Source: Octopus sinensis | Taxonomy: Eukaryota | Direction of reading: 5' to 3' | Length of the DNA: 57,231 bases | Assembly: GCF_006345805.1 (NCBI RefSeq) | Contig: NW_021834303.1 | Span: forward strand, 1 to 57,231 | Part shown: in pieces, positions 40,460-54,758 of the stretch | Layout: each line of letters begins with the position of its first letter | Numbering within the stretch: position 1 is the stretch's first letter | Notes under the pieces: model-generated | What the model was told of the DNA's origin: nothing | The model's database searches: none | The model's input: only the letters and a program-made list of their open reading frames with translations | Translations under genes and position numbers: made by a program

Positions 40460-40826
40460 GAATCAGGCAACAGTGGGCGAAACTCAGTCAGACAACACAT
40501 GTAAAATCTGTGGAAAAAGAGACGAGAGTGTCAGTGAGGCTTTAAAATAACAGAAAAGTTTAATGAACAACAAAGTGACTGTGACATTAAATGAGAATTA
40601 CGGGATCTTATAGGCTATCGCTGTAAAGGTGACCACATTATTGAAGATAAAATAAAGAAATAGTGTAAGGTCATAGATTTGGCAATTCCTTGTGATTGCA
40701 AAGCCGACCCCAAAGAATTTGAAAAAACTGAGAAATATCAGGATCTAAGAAGAGAGCGAATGAGACTAGAAGACGGAGGTAATTCTTTCTGTAGTAACTG
40801 ATACACTTGGTATAACATTCAAGAAA
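40460..40826 (+). mobile_element. Highly decayed RLE LINE fragment
   Basis: TCKICGKRDESV, DLAIPCD, EKYQDL. Confidence 0.55.
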
Positions 40827-41296
40827 CCCTGATACAATCCGAAGCAGTGGCTCTCATGGCTTCTGATCTTAACTGATTGGAAGTGTCATCATTTACATTG
40901 TTTTGTCTTGCTATAAAAGATGGGCTACAACAAATATTCTACACAATACCACAGATTTGTCTGTCATTTGCTTGACCTTAACCAGTTGAAAATGTCCCTT
41001 AGTGGCTGACGATATGTGCATCCCTGATCACAAGCAGGAGTAGCAGGAGAGCATCATATCTATGTGTTGAGAGGGATTCTTTGGGGTTTGAATAATTCAC
41101 CTTTGGAAACATGAATGTATCGTAGATTATCATTAGACAACCCTTATTCAGGGAACTTTTGAGCGGGACGGGCTAATCCACCCGAAGAAAATTCTAACTG
41201 GGCCCATTTGTGATATGGGATCGCCATATAGTGTACATATGGTTGTGATGCATGTACCCAGTGTACCTTTATAAGACGGGTAGTCATAATAGATAT
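40827..41296 (+). mobile_element. Second, older copy of the unclassified 35756-36310 element
   Basis: Reverse-complement similarity, with internal deletion. Confidence 0.75.
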
Positions 41297-41298
41297 GT

Positions 41299-41632
41299 GG
41301 AGGCGCAATGGCCCAGTGTTTAGGGCAGCGGACTCGCAGTCGTAGGATCGCGGTTTCGATTCCCAGACAGGGCGTTGTGAGTGTTTATTGAGCGAAAACA
41401 CCTAAAGCTCCACGAGGCTCCGGCAGGGATGGTGGTGATCCCTGCTGTACTCTCTCACCACAACTTTCTCTCACTCTTACTTCCTGTTTCTGTTGTACCT
41501 GTATTTCAAAGGGCCGGCCTTGTCACTCTCTGTGTCACGCTGAATATCCCCAAGATCTACGTTAAGGGTACACGTGTCTGTGGAGTGCTCAGCCACTTAC
41601 ACGTTAATTTCACGAGCAGGCTGTTCCGACGG
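41299..41632 (+). mobile_element. SINE family C
   Basis: tRNA-like head with boxes A and B. Confidence 0.85.
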
Positions 41633-41639
41633 AGTGCTT

Positions 41640-42631
41640 CCATCCATAATGGATATATCGGTTCACTCTTATCAGACGAGTAGTTATGATGGATGTGACA
41701 AACTTGGGACTAGTGACGATATTGTAGCTGGTTTTTCGATCCTTGCCCCTACAGAATATAGAACTAGGTATGAGTTGGCCAATATTTGCACTGGAGCATA
41801 TGCTGTCACTGTGATATCCCACACCCTAAGAACTAGTATAAACATCATCCAAAGCCAATCACTGGGGGACAGAATGTCACCATCCAATGAGATTATGGAA
41901 TACATACAGACAGATTATGGAATACATACAGACAGGTGACGAAATACTAACACGCCAGACATTGTCACCAAAGATGAGACAAAGAACACGTCTGCGTTAC
42001 GTTGTGAGTTCGAATTCCGCCGAGGTCGATTTTGCCTTTCATCCTTTCGGGGTCGATAAATTAAGTACCAGTTACGCACTGGCGTCGATGTCTGTCCTTG
42101 TTTGTCCCCTCTGTGTTTAGCCCCTTGTGGGTAATAAAGAAATAGGTATTTCGTTTGTCGCTACGTTCTGTGTTCAAATTCCGCTAAGGTCAACTTTACC
42201 TTTCATCCTTTCTGGGTCGATTAAGTAAGTACCAGTTACGCACTGGGGTCGATACAATCGACTTAATCCGTTTGTCTGTCCTTGTTTGTCCCCTCTGTGT
42301 GTAGCACCTTGTGGGCAGTAAAGAAATAAGAAACATCTCAGCAAAGGAATTTGAAAACCTGTCGACTTTAAAATTGAGATATCTAGGACATGTCAATTAG
42401 AAGCCAAAACAATCTCTGTTGTTGTGAGTACCCTGGGAATGACCAAGAAAGGCGGTGACAAAGTTTTTGACCAGATCCCTGAAAAACCAACAATCTCCGA
42501 GAGCCAAAATATTGAGTTGAGATCAACCCGCGCACATTTTCAGGAAGTTTCTCTCCATCAAATATATTCGTGGTTTAGGCCTCTAGTTGAGACCCAGTCG
42601 GAAGATGAAATAAAATGCAAATCAACTGGAA

Positions 42632-42632
<1 letters not shown>
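41640..42632 (+). mobile_element. Decayed Dong-like LINE fragment interrupted by two SINE family B copies (~41990-42330)
   Basis: ILAPTEY..R remnant, RLE C-terminal remnants, (TAA)n tail. Confidence 0.65.
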
Positions 42633-42705
<73 letters not shown>

Positions 42706-42719
42706 TGATGATGATGATG

Positions 42720-42781
<62 letters not shown>

Positions 42782-42789
42782 TTCTTTTA

Positions 42790-43240
42790 TTAACCAATGG
42801 GACATAGATAAGAGGGACATCGCAAGGACAAATAACAATTTGTGTTAGGACTTACATAAAAGTGGGGGAGAAAGATTTGGAAAAGACGGTGAAATGACAG
42901 TATACATAATATATAAAGGTTGTGATAACATGAATGTTGCCGTCCTTCTGACACAGGTTAACCTCCAACCATGGCCAATCAAGAAGCCCGAAAGATCTAG
43001 GATTAACCTGACCACCAATGGTATGAACCTTTTCGCATGTTTTTCAAATTACAGGCGCATACTTAGAGTAAGACCAATCCCTCTAAACATTTTGGCCACA
43101 GTCACCCATCTTTTCACAAATTTAATGAAACGTAGCACTTTCCTCTCGACCCTCACTTTCTTTTCCAAGGGGATCTTTAAAATTTCGGTAAGAGCTTAAC
43201 CGAAGAGTAAAGTCTCTTTTCTCAATCCTTTCAGCCTTAC
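42790..43240 (-). mobile_element. Possible L1/Tx1-like LINE 3' remnant
   Basis: Minus-strand KRKVRVERKVL..F.KRW-like peptide followed by UTR-like sequence; weak. Confidence 0.35.
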
Positions 43241-43249
43241 AATCCTTTC

Positions 43250-43592
43250 CACCGAGGTCGATTATGCCTTTCATCCTTTCGGGGTCGATAAATTAAGTAT
43301 CAGTTGCGTAATAGGGTCGATCTAATCGACTGGTCCCCTTCCCAATAATTTCGAGCCCTGTGCCTAGAGTAGAAAAGAATATTTCATTGAACTTAAGGCG
43401 GCGAGCTGGCAGAAACGTTAGCACGTCGGACGAAATGCTTAGCGGTATTTCGTCTGTCTTTACGTTCTGAGTTCAAATTTCGCCGAGGTCAACTTTGCCT
43501 TTCATCCTTTTGGAGTCGATAAATTAAGTAGTAGTTGCGTACTGGGGTCGATCTAATCGTCTGGCCCCCTCTCCAAAAACTAGAAAAGATTA
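43250..43592 (+). mobile_element. Two SINE family B copies (partial 43250-43380; full 43395-43592)
   Basis: GGCGGCGAGCTGGCAGAAACG head, GAGTTCAAATT box B. Confidence 0.88.
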
Positions 43593-43943
43593 TTCCTTTC
43601 AAACAATCACAAATTTGATCAATAATTTTTGGGTAACTCGAATATTCAAATTAAAAAAATTAAGGAGCTTTTATCTCGCTGAAAATTTCCTTCACATCCT
43701 TTCTTTCTCTCCCCCCCTCTCTTTCTCTCACTCACTTTCTCTGAATTTCCCCTCCCTTCTAATCCCTTTGTATCTCTCTCTTCAACTAAGACTTCATTAG
43801 AACTGACTTTCTCACTCATTGTCTGTTATCTACGCATGAATATATACACTAGTGTTTATATTACATCCATATATATATATATTTACATGTATGTATGCTT
43901 GTTCATATGTATATATTTGTGTGTCTATATATACGTATACATG

Positions 43944-44091
<148 letters not shown>

Positions 44092-45009
44092 GGATAGATA
44101 GAGAGAGAGTGAGAGATACATTCATACACACACACACATATATATATATATAAGCTAGTGGTCGGCACATCTCATCAATACGTACGTTTTCTCAAACTGT
44201 TATAGTAACAGCATCACCACCATCACAACCATCACCAACACAACCACGACCACCACCACCACCATCACCACCACCACCAACAACAACAACAGCAACAACA
44301 GCAACAAGTAGAAGACCACTAGAAAGAGCAACGTCAATATTATTATCACAGGATTAATATCAGCTTCTAACTATTTCTGTTGTCCGTAGAAATGCTGAGT
44401 CATTGTAATTAATAGTGGAGTTGTTTGTTTACTGAGTGGTTTGAGTGGATTTCGTTGAAATAAATGAGAAATAACGAGCGGTATTGACAGCTGCAAGAAT
44501 TATAAAAAGACCCAAGACAGAAATAAGTAAATGAACGGAAAATAAGTGAAAATATTTTAAGACACACACACACATACAAATACACGTGTACACACGTACA
44601 AGCGCACTTACACACACACACACATACACACACGTTGACACTTAACCATTACGCGTTATCACCATAAAATTATAGACAACGAAATTTGTGAAGTAATAAG
44701 CTAATCTGTATAATATATCTGGAGACCTATACAGTTATATGTGCGTGCTTCTGCGTTTGTATATATATATATATATATATGAGAAATTGTGATAAACGTA
44801 AGTTTATAATCATGTGTTTCCTAGTTACGTTTCAACGTTGTGGCTGTTTGGAACCTATGCTTTCAGTGGTCCAAGTGGAACTGGAATTGAATACTTAACG
44901 AAGACGGACCATCAGAGCAATACTGCACTGCATTATGTTACGGGCAAAAACAAATAGAAGCATATACATAAGTATATATATATATATATTTATTATTTTA
45001 TTTTATTTT

Positions 45010-45205
45010 ATCTAGTTTCAGCTCGCGAGCTGTGGCCATGCTGGGGCACCGCCATTTGGTGTTGCTACATGATTTTACTTCACGAATGCTTTTTAGCAGT
45101 TGCCATTTGGTGCATGAGAGAGTTCCATGCAGCTGCTCTCATCTGCACCTCCTGCCGTGAAGTTGGTTCATCTGGGACACCTGACAGGAAGAGATCCAGT
45201 TTTAT
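45010..45205 (-). mobile_element. Fragment sharing the SINE family A tail (possible partner LINE 3' end)
   Basis: GTTTCAGCTC..GCTGTGGCCATGCTGGGGCACCGCC followed by non-SINE sequence. Confidence 0.45.
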
Positions 45206-45239
45206 TTTATATATATATATATATATGTTCAATATGTGA

Positions 45240-45438
45240 CTACGTGTGTATCGTTGGTGATTCTTTTCCTCCATCTTCCCTTCCTTGGATCTTTCCTTTC
45301 CCTATGTTTCTGACGAAGGGCTCCACCCGAACCGTTAAAATCCTCCTTTCTTTCCTTTCTTGAGCGTCCAATAACACTATACTTGTTCCACGTCCTCGCG
45401 TTGTTGTTTTCTCTTTGTGTTATAATGTTTGGATTAAA
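45240..45438 (+). mobile_element. Second copy of the ~190-bp hammerhead element; hammerhead at 45306-45340
   Basis: GTTT CTGACGA A GGGC TCC ACCC GAAC CG TT AAAA; homologous to 20154-20345. Confidence 0.7.
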
Positions 45439-45593
45439 TACTGGTTGCCTAACATACTAGAAAGAACAGTCAAAAAGTCCAAACTATAGATAAGAGCAAT
45501 TTCGAAGGGAATGAAAATAAAAACATTTACCATGTTTTACAGCCAGACCTTAGGTTTCGAACTATATATAATATATATATATATTATATATAT

Positions 45594-45721
<128 letters not shown>

Positions 45722-45728
45722 ATATATA

Positions 45729-45773
<45 letters not shown>

Positions 45774-45907
45774 ATAATATATATATAATATATATATTTG
45801 TAAAACAGAAGTTTGAAAATGCCACTATATTAGATAAATTTTAATTTTTACATGTTTCGGTTCTTGAAATAACGAACCTTATCAAAAAGAATTTTTTTAT
45901 AATAAGA

Positions 45908-46045
45908 GTATAATGGAATAGTTCATAATTGTTTCATACATTCAATAGAGTCCATGCTATATACATAAAAAGTATAATGGAACAGTTCATATTGTTACAT
46001 ACATTCAATAGAGTCCATGCTATATACATTCAATAGAATCCATAT
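45908..46045. repeat. ~63-bp tandem duplication plus partial third copy
   Basis: AGTATAATGGAAYAGTTCAT...CAATAGAGTCCATGCTATATACAT. Confidence 0.8.
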
Positions 46046-46237
46046 TCTTGAAAAGGCGAAAAAATATTATAAGGTGTAAGTCGTTCCTTACTGTTTTGTC
46101 AAGTGTAGTGCAGAAGTTCATTATAGATTTTACTTTGTGTTCCGATGGGACAACAGTAGTGATTCTTGATTGTCGTAATTCTGGTCAACTAGTGATTGTT
46201 GGGTTTATATCAGTTAAGTCAGTATATAACTATAATA

Positions 46238-46318
<81 letters not shown>

Positions 46319-46978
46319 ATATATATATATTGTGTGTGTGTGTGTATATTTGTAAATAGCAAGGGATTACTCCAAACGTTTATCAGTTTGCTCTCAGGTA
46401 GTTATTCAAAATATTTTATTAAACAGTTAATAAAGAAATCCAATCACATTCTCATAAGATAAGAATTTAGAGATATATTCCGTTGGATGATTCTGAATAT
46501 ATGATCTTAATCATATAGGTTTCCTGGAGTATATGAATGTCAGCTTTACAGAGACAGCACCGATTAGTAACCGTTGCAATAACAACCATACGATAATACC
46601 GGTGCAGTTTCTTCGGGGTTTTTTTCTTAATATCCTTCGATTTAACAATTTCAAGTTTTTCATTTATCTACTCTGCGTTGTATGATGCAGAGTTGTTCCT
46701 TTACTTAGATGCGAACTATTTTCAATTCAAGTTTTGATTGGATAATCATGTACAGTTTCATATTTCGAAACATTCTGTTGTTTAAATGTTTGTTATTCAT
46801 TCATACTGGGCAAATGTGAATTTATTCATACGCAAGCATGTCAAAACAAGTTCCTGTCGACAATATATTATATTACGCATAGATGTAAAATTTTGGTAAA
46901 ATTCTTCTAAACATAGGTCACATATTTTAGCTCCAGGTTTGTAGGGTTTTGCAGTACAAATAAATAAATAAATAAATA

Positions 46979-47098
<120 letters not shown>

Positions 47099-47428
47099 TT
47101 ATACATTATATACGCATCATATACATACATACATTCTTATATTATATATATATAAACACTCCTGTCACAACCTGGGACCTTGAAGACTGGTATAATGCAA
47201 GAAAGTATACTAGTCCCTTAATATTTTATATTTTATATTTTATATTCAGTATTTCACCTACTCAATAAGACAATCAATACTTCATTTCATTTTACTAGAT
47301 ATATATTATTTATACTATATAATCTATATTCTATATTAATATTATAAAGAATATAAATAAAACATAAAAAACAGACTTGTAATTTCTTTGAATAATATAT
47401 ATCCCTCTATACACTATCATACAAACCC

Positions 47429-47471
<43 letters not shown>

Positions 47472-47567
47472 TATATATATCTATATATACGTATATATGT
47501 ATAAATACACATATATATGCTAACGTTTATCGTGTTCTTTATGACTGGTTTATGTAGGCTGTAGGAG

Positions 47568-47680
47568 ATCGACTTTGCTTTCATCCTTTAGAGGTCGATA
47601 AATTAAGTGCCAGTTGCGCGCAGGGGTCCATCTAATCGACTGGCTCCCTCCCCAAAAATTTCGGGCCTTGTGCCTAGAAT
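47568..47680 (+). mobile_element. SINE family B 3' part
   Basis: GACTTTGCTTTCATCCTTT..GGTCGATAAATTAAG. Confidence 0.8.
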
Positions 47681-47714
47681 AAAGTATATGTAGGCTCTTG
47701 ATTAATAGCATCTC

Positions 47715-47750
<36 letters not shown>

Positions 47751-47885
47751 TTATATATGCGTATACACACACACACACATACACACACACACATATATAT
47801 ATATGCGTATATACATATATGCATACATACACGTAAATACATGTGTGTGAGTATACATATACATATATATTTATATTTATGTGTG

Positions 47886-47921
<36 letters not shown>

Positions 47922-47987
47922 TATGTATATATATAGTGTGGCCATGTTGTTGTGTATATATATATTATATATATGTAGATATATATA

Positions 47988-48043
<56 letters not shown>

Positions 48044-48400
48044 CACATACTATTAATATGTATTTTGTGTTAGATATTACTGCATCCTGATATTGTTACA
48101 TATACGTTTTAAAACATTAAGTAAATGTAATTGATAGCGATACATTGAAATTAATTGTAAAACATTGAAAGTATGTGTTATTTCGTATTTCCCATGATAT
48201 TTGAAATCCCGAACTAATTTTTTGAATAGACGAATTTTAAATGAAGTATTTAATAACCTGTTTAACCTTTCTGCTGCGAAATAAAATTTCATGGTCATTC
48301 CCGTGTTAATTATGCAGAAAGAAAATACAATGGAATTTCGAACCTAGTTTCTCATTCCTAAGGTATTTTTCGATCTTACTATCATCATCATCATCATCCA

Positions 48401-48437
<37 letters not shown>

Positions 48438-48503
48438 GTCATCATCATCGTTATCAACATCGTCATTGTCATCGTCATCGTCATCGTCGTCGTCGTCGTC
48501 GTC

Positions 48504-48534
<31 letters not shown>

Positions 48535-48916
48535 TCACTACCTCTCACGCACACACGCACCCACACACACTCACACGCACCCACACACACACACACGCAC
48601 ACACGCACACATAAAAACACGCGTGTGCAAACACACCAACAGCGACTGTCAAACGGTAACAAACACAAAGATTCACACATAGACACACACACACACGTAC
48701 ACACACATGTATGTGTATGTTTGTGAGTATGTGTGTGTCTGTTTGTGAGTATGTGTGTGTCTGTGTGTGTCCATAGATTCACACATATAGACACACACTA
48801 AGTTACAAAATTTCGAGTCGCTAGGTTACAAGGACGTAAACATACCAACACCGATTGTTGAGTGGTGATGGGGGACAAATATAGACACAAAGATACACAC
48901 ACTCACTCACATAACA

Positions 48917-48977
<61 letters not shown>

Positions 48978-48979
<2 letters not shown>

Positions 48980-49286
48980 CACCGTCATCACCGTGACCGA
49001 CAAGGCTATCAGATGTTGCTACACATCGCTGGTCACAATGCGCTTATCATTGATTTACCTTAAAATGACACCACCCCGCTGGCTAAGCGAGTAGGCCAAC
49101 AAAAGAAAGAGTGAGAGAAAGTTGTGGCGAAAGAGTACAGCAGGGATCGCCACCATCCCTGCCAGGGCTTCGTGGAACTTTAGGTGTTTTCGCCCAATAA
49201 ACACTCACAACGCCCGGTCTGGGAGTCAAAACCGCGATCCTACGACCGCGAGTCCGCTGCCCTAAGCATTGGGCCATTGCGCCTCC
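48978..49286 (-). mobile_element. SINE family C variant with a different tail
   Basis: Head matches 41299; tail differs. Confidence 0.82.
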
Positions 49287-49324
49287 ACACACACACACAC
49301 ACACACACACAACACACATATACT

Positions 49325-49735
49325 CTTTTACTTTTCACTCTTTTACTTGTTTCAGTCATTTGACTGCGGCCATGCTGGAGCACCGCCTTTTGTCGAGCAA
49401 ATCGACCCTGGAACTTATTCTTTGTAAGCCCAGTACTTATTCTATCGGTCTCTTTTGCCGAACCGCTAAGTGACGGGGATGTAAACACACCAGCATCGGC
49501 TGTTAAGCAATGCTAGGGGGACAAGCACAGACACACAAACACACACACATACATATATATATACATATATACGACGGGCTTCTTTCAGTTTCCGTCTACC
49601 AAATCCACTCACAAGGCATTGGTCGGCCCGGGGCTATAGCAGAAGACACTTGCCCAAGATGCCACGCAGTGGGACTGAACCCAGAACCATGTGGTTGGTT
49701 AGCAAGTTACTTACCACACAGCCACTCCTGCGCCT
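49325..49735 (-). mobile_element. SINE family A
   Basis: Full length. Confidence 0.9.
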
Positions 49736-49761
49736 ATGTATATATATATATATTAATATAT

Positions 49762-49960
49762 AGGGGGAGAGTTTACGAAAAACCAAAAGACGAAGACATG
49801 TGATGTACAAAACAAACAGATGTATTTCTATAACGCTTAGGAATTGAAAAAGTATTTTACGTTTCGAGCCTACGCTCTTCTACAGAAAGGGACAGAGAAA
49901 AAACAAGGAGCGAAACAAAGAGAGAAAAAAAAATGTGCGTGTAGTGGCTACCGATCTGTC

Positions 49961-49962
<2 letters not shown>
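49762..49962 (-). mobile_element. ~200-bp element with a minimal hammerhead-like motif (49855-49888) between (TA)n tracts
   Basis: Minus: UUU CUGUAGA A GAGC GUAG GCUC GAAA CG UA AAA. Confidence 0.55.
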
Positions 49963-50007
<45 letters not shown>

Positions 50008-50024
50008 ACGGTGTGCTTCATTCA

Positions 50025-50171
50025 ATTTCCGTCTACGATATCCACTCACAAGCCTTTGGTCAGCCTGTGTCTATAGTAGAAAAGACTAGGCCAGGTGCTA
50101 CGCAGTGGGACTGAACCCAGAACAATGTGGTTGGGAAACAAGCTTCTTACCTCACAGCCATACCTGCGCCT
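50025..50171 (-). mobile_element. SINE family A head
   Basis: Similarity to other copies. Confidence 0.8.
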
Positions 50172-50480
50172 ATGATGATATTTTTATAGAACACACAAGA
50201 ATATTTATAAACGGAAGAGCAGCAGGTTAGATCTCTATCAAGTTGTAGCTTAAATAAAGATTTTTACATACGTGCTCAACATTACCGAAATAATAACATA
50301 TAAACAAACACCAAACCCTCACATCAAATTTAACCACCTAAAAGTTTATCAAACGAACACAACCTAGTTTGTGAAACCAGTTTTCTAGTGTTTCGTTTTA
50401 TCGTCATTTCCTGTCAAATCCCTCCCTTGCTTTTTCACGCCTTCACCCTCTCCCCCTTTTATACAGCCAATTCGTTTCCC

Positions 50481-50910
<430 letters not shown>

Positions 50911-51166
50911 AACTCACGTAATTTGCATATGGGTCTTTTCCCTATTCAGTTGAACTCCACCTCAAAGAAAAAAGAATACTTTATATAAGGATTGAAACTA
51001 AGCTAAGTCACTTTGTGCAACGTAAATAAACCGAAACTTCGAAGTTGCCAAACTTTTCCGTCTAAAATTATAAAAATATGGTATTCTACTGCAAAATATT
51101 GAGTGTTTCTTGAACTTAATGTTAAATACTTGTTATATATAGCTTCACCTAAAACAAAGAACTACG

Positions 51167-51630
51167 CATACGTACACACATAAATGCATACATGCATACA
51201 TGCATACATATATACATACATACATACATGCATACATACATACATACATACATACATGCATACATGCATACATACACACATACATACATACATACATACA
51301 TACATACATACTTACATACATACATACATACACGCATAGTACATAAAAAATGCCCTGTTGATTTTGAACTTCCTATGAAGGAGCTTTGGATCTAGGTTAG
51401 AAACCGCCTCTTTCTGTATTGACAAGAAATAGAACTGAATAATGACACATACATACATGCATGCATACACACATACATACATACATACATACATTCATAC
51501 ATACATACATACATACATTCATACATACATACATACATTCATACATACATACATACATTCATACATACATACATACATACATACATACATACATACATAC
51601 ATACATACATACATACATACAACATACATA
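51167..51630. repeat. (CATA)n tetranucleotide microsatellites
   Basis: Two blocks. Confidence 0.9.
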
Positions 51631-51719
51631 AGAAGAAATGAAGGTGGTAGGGCCTGAAATCATGCAGACGGCTTTCGAATGCCGTTTGGTATCACTCAGG
51701 CAGCACCTGCTACACAACA

Positions 51720-52330
51720 GCAGCAATAATAAATATATAAATGCAGTCCTGAAAAGTTAAACGAGCAACATTGTACGAGTTAGCCGTCAGCTCCTCAAGA
51801 AACACTCATCCTGATGATACAGCCCCAAAATAGCTCGGCTCTCTTACCGCAGAGAAGACCTGGATGGAAAGCACTCAGCATACACAAAAAAAAAAGACCA
51901 TGCATGGGTATGTTGCCCGGAAGCTTGAAGGAGACAGTAGAATAGACACGAAGAGAAACCTCTCTTGGTCACAAGACCACTACATCGCATCACACTTTGA
52001 AAATCAAAGAAAAATAGGATATCTATGTACAACTACTTCGAAACCTCCAGTTTCTATATCCAGACTATGAATTCATATTCATACCAATAATAGTTGGAGC
52101 ACAAGATTTTGTTAGTAAACGCTTAAATGAGAATGTGGATAAACTGGGATTTTCAGACAGAGAAATCGACTGGATGATTCGTACATTACAAGTGCAATCT
52201 GTGAGTGGAACAGCAAAAATATGTAAGACTTTTCTTAAATGGAAAACAACGAGAAAACAGGAGAGTTTCTTCTACATGTCTTCTCCATCTGTTAGAAGTG
52301 GCAGCCAAACCTTCCTCAAATAAAATACTC
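51720..52330 (+). mobile_element. Internally deleted RLE-type LINE fragment
   Basis: TMHGYVARKL..LSWS; LYPDYEFIFIPIIVGA; LQVQSVSGTAKICKTFLK. Confidence 0.65.
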
Positions 52331-52668
52331 CTTAAAATGTTTTATAAAATAAACGAGAATAATCATAAAACAAAAGCTTGAAAGAAAGAAAGAAAAGGTG
52401 TCAGTGGAGTTTGTATAAAAGAGAGGGGAAGAGGAGGAGGAGGAGGTAGAGGAGGAAGTGTGGGAAGTGGAGGAAGGAGGAGGCGGAAGAAAGAGGAAGA
52501 GGGGAGGAGGACGGGGAGAGGTGATGGCATTTGTAAATTGTTCTGGTAAAACCATTAGAAGAGGGAGAAACCGCCATTGTGGTGTTGTTGGTTTGTCAAT
52601 GTCTATATATCATTTCTAGTGTTTTATGAGACATACCGTACGTATGTATGAAGGTGTATATATTAAGG

Positions 52669-52701
<33 letters not shown>

Positions 52702-53599
52702 ATTTGCGTATGTATTTATGTATGTATGCATGTATGTGTGTATTCGTATATGTGTAAGTATGTGGATATATATATACATACGTGAACATATATATTTATG
52801 TATGCATATATATATATATAATCTATATTTATCTTGATAGATATGCATGTGTATATACATGTGCGCATATGTATATATCTGTATGCGTATATAGTTATTG
52901 ACCTATTCATATAGACATATTTCGTCCTTGCCAGCAAAAAGGCTTCTTCGTTCGTCCCCTTGTGTGGTTAATTTCCTGTATAGTATTCCTGTTATTTTCT
53001 CGTTTTGTAACTAATTGTACTTTTTGTATATGTATTTTTATTTTTGCAGTTTTATTGTTTGTCTATGCCAGAAAAAAGGCTTTTTCGTTCGTCCTCTTGT
53101 GTTTGTTTTTGTACATGTATTTTAATTTTGCAGTCTTATTGTTACGTCTTGTTTGTGTTCGTACTCATTGTGCCCCGCTGCTTGAAATTTTATTTTAATT
53201 CTCTCGCAGGAAGGCCTATTGGATTAGTGTTCTGTTATGCCTTCGAAACATGCCTGACTCCTCTAGCGACAGCTGATGACGGGGTTTTGTCCTTGTGTAA
53301 CCTGTCCTGTATTTGGTTTTCGTTTTCCGTTTTCTTTTTTTTGTTTTTGGCTTTTCTGTTTCTACGTCTTATTGTGATGTCCTGTACTTCCGTATAATTA
53401 TTTATATATGCATGTATATATACATGTAGATGTAGGTACGTACATATATGTTGTATGTATGCATATATTTTTATTTATCTCCTATAATAATATATATATA
53501 TATACCCTATACGTACATCTATGTATATATAATTTGTAGTGTCATAAGCGTATGTATATATTTGTATATTTTCTAATACATACATAAGCATATACCTGC

Positions 53600-53630
<31 letters not shown>

Positions 53631-53740
53631 CATACATACACATGCACATTCATATACACATACACACTTATATATATATATACACACTCATATATATACA
53701 TAAATATATACATATATATATATATACATATATATACATA

Positions 53741-53796
<56 letters not shown>

Positions 53797-53894
53797 CATG
53801 CATGCATACATGTGCAAAATTCATATCTTACATGTGTACGTGTATATATACGTGTGTGTGCATGTGTGTTGTCTGTATGTATATGTATATATTT

Positions 53895-54205
53895 CGGTTA
53901 ACGGCCTTAATAACTGGGAATGCCTGAAAGCTCTGCGTGTCTCCTCTCTTGAACGCCGAAGGGAGTGAGATACTCTTATATACGTATGGAAGATCCTGGA
54001 GGGGCATGTTTCCAAGCATAGGCATTAAACGAATTTTAATGCTCAAAATGGAAGATTCTGTCAGCTTCCAAACATACCATCTTCACACACACGAGCAAAA
54101 GCACTCTACTGTGCCAGTCTAATATTCAGAGGTCCTTAAGTATTCAACTGTTTACCCAAAGAGATTAGAAATATAAATGGGGCCTCTACTGAAATTTCAA
54201 AAAAA
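53895..54205 (+). mobile_element. CR1-like LINE 3' remnant
   Basis: [18 protein letters not shown] motif. Confidence 0.6.
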
Positions 54206-54264
54206 AAAACAAAACAAAGCATCGGATAACGACGGAATTCTCATAAACCCGGAGAAGCAAAAAT

Positions 54265-54583
54265 CTGGCATTCCGTCGGTTGCCACGATGCCTGTTCCTG
54301 TTGATACAGTCAACGGAACAGCCTGCTCATGAAACGAAAGGGCATGTGGGTGAGGACTCCACTGACATAAGTACCCTCAATATAATTCTCAGGAAGATTC
54401 AGCATGAGACAGTCTGATAAGGCTGGCCATTTGAATTACTGGTACAACTCAGTTTTGCCAGCTGAGCAGCCTGGAGCAACGTGAAATGAAGTGTCTTGCT
54501 CAAGGACACAACGCGTTGCCGAGAATTGAACTCACGACCCAACGATCGTGAGCAGAATACCCTAACCACTAAGTCATGCACCT
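54265..54583 (-). mobile_element. tRNA-derived CORE-like SINE (family D), tail related to family C
   Basis: Minus: TGACTTAGTGGTTAGGG..GAGTTCAATTCTC..GTGTCCTTGAGCAAGACACTT. Confidence 0.75.
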
Positions 54584-54633
54584 TCATACATGTGTGTGTT
54601 TGTATATACACACGTATATATGCATATACATAC

Positions 54634-54750
<117 letters not shown>

Positions 54751-54758
54751 TATGTTTG

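Noticed and set aside
47170-47220. CTTGAAGA plus GACTGGTATA/TATACTAGTC hairpin
   Set aside because: No GAAA or stem III
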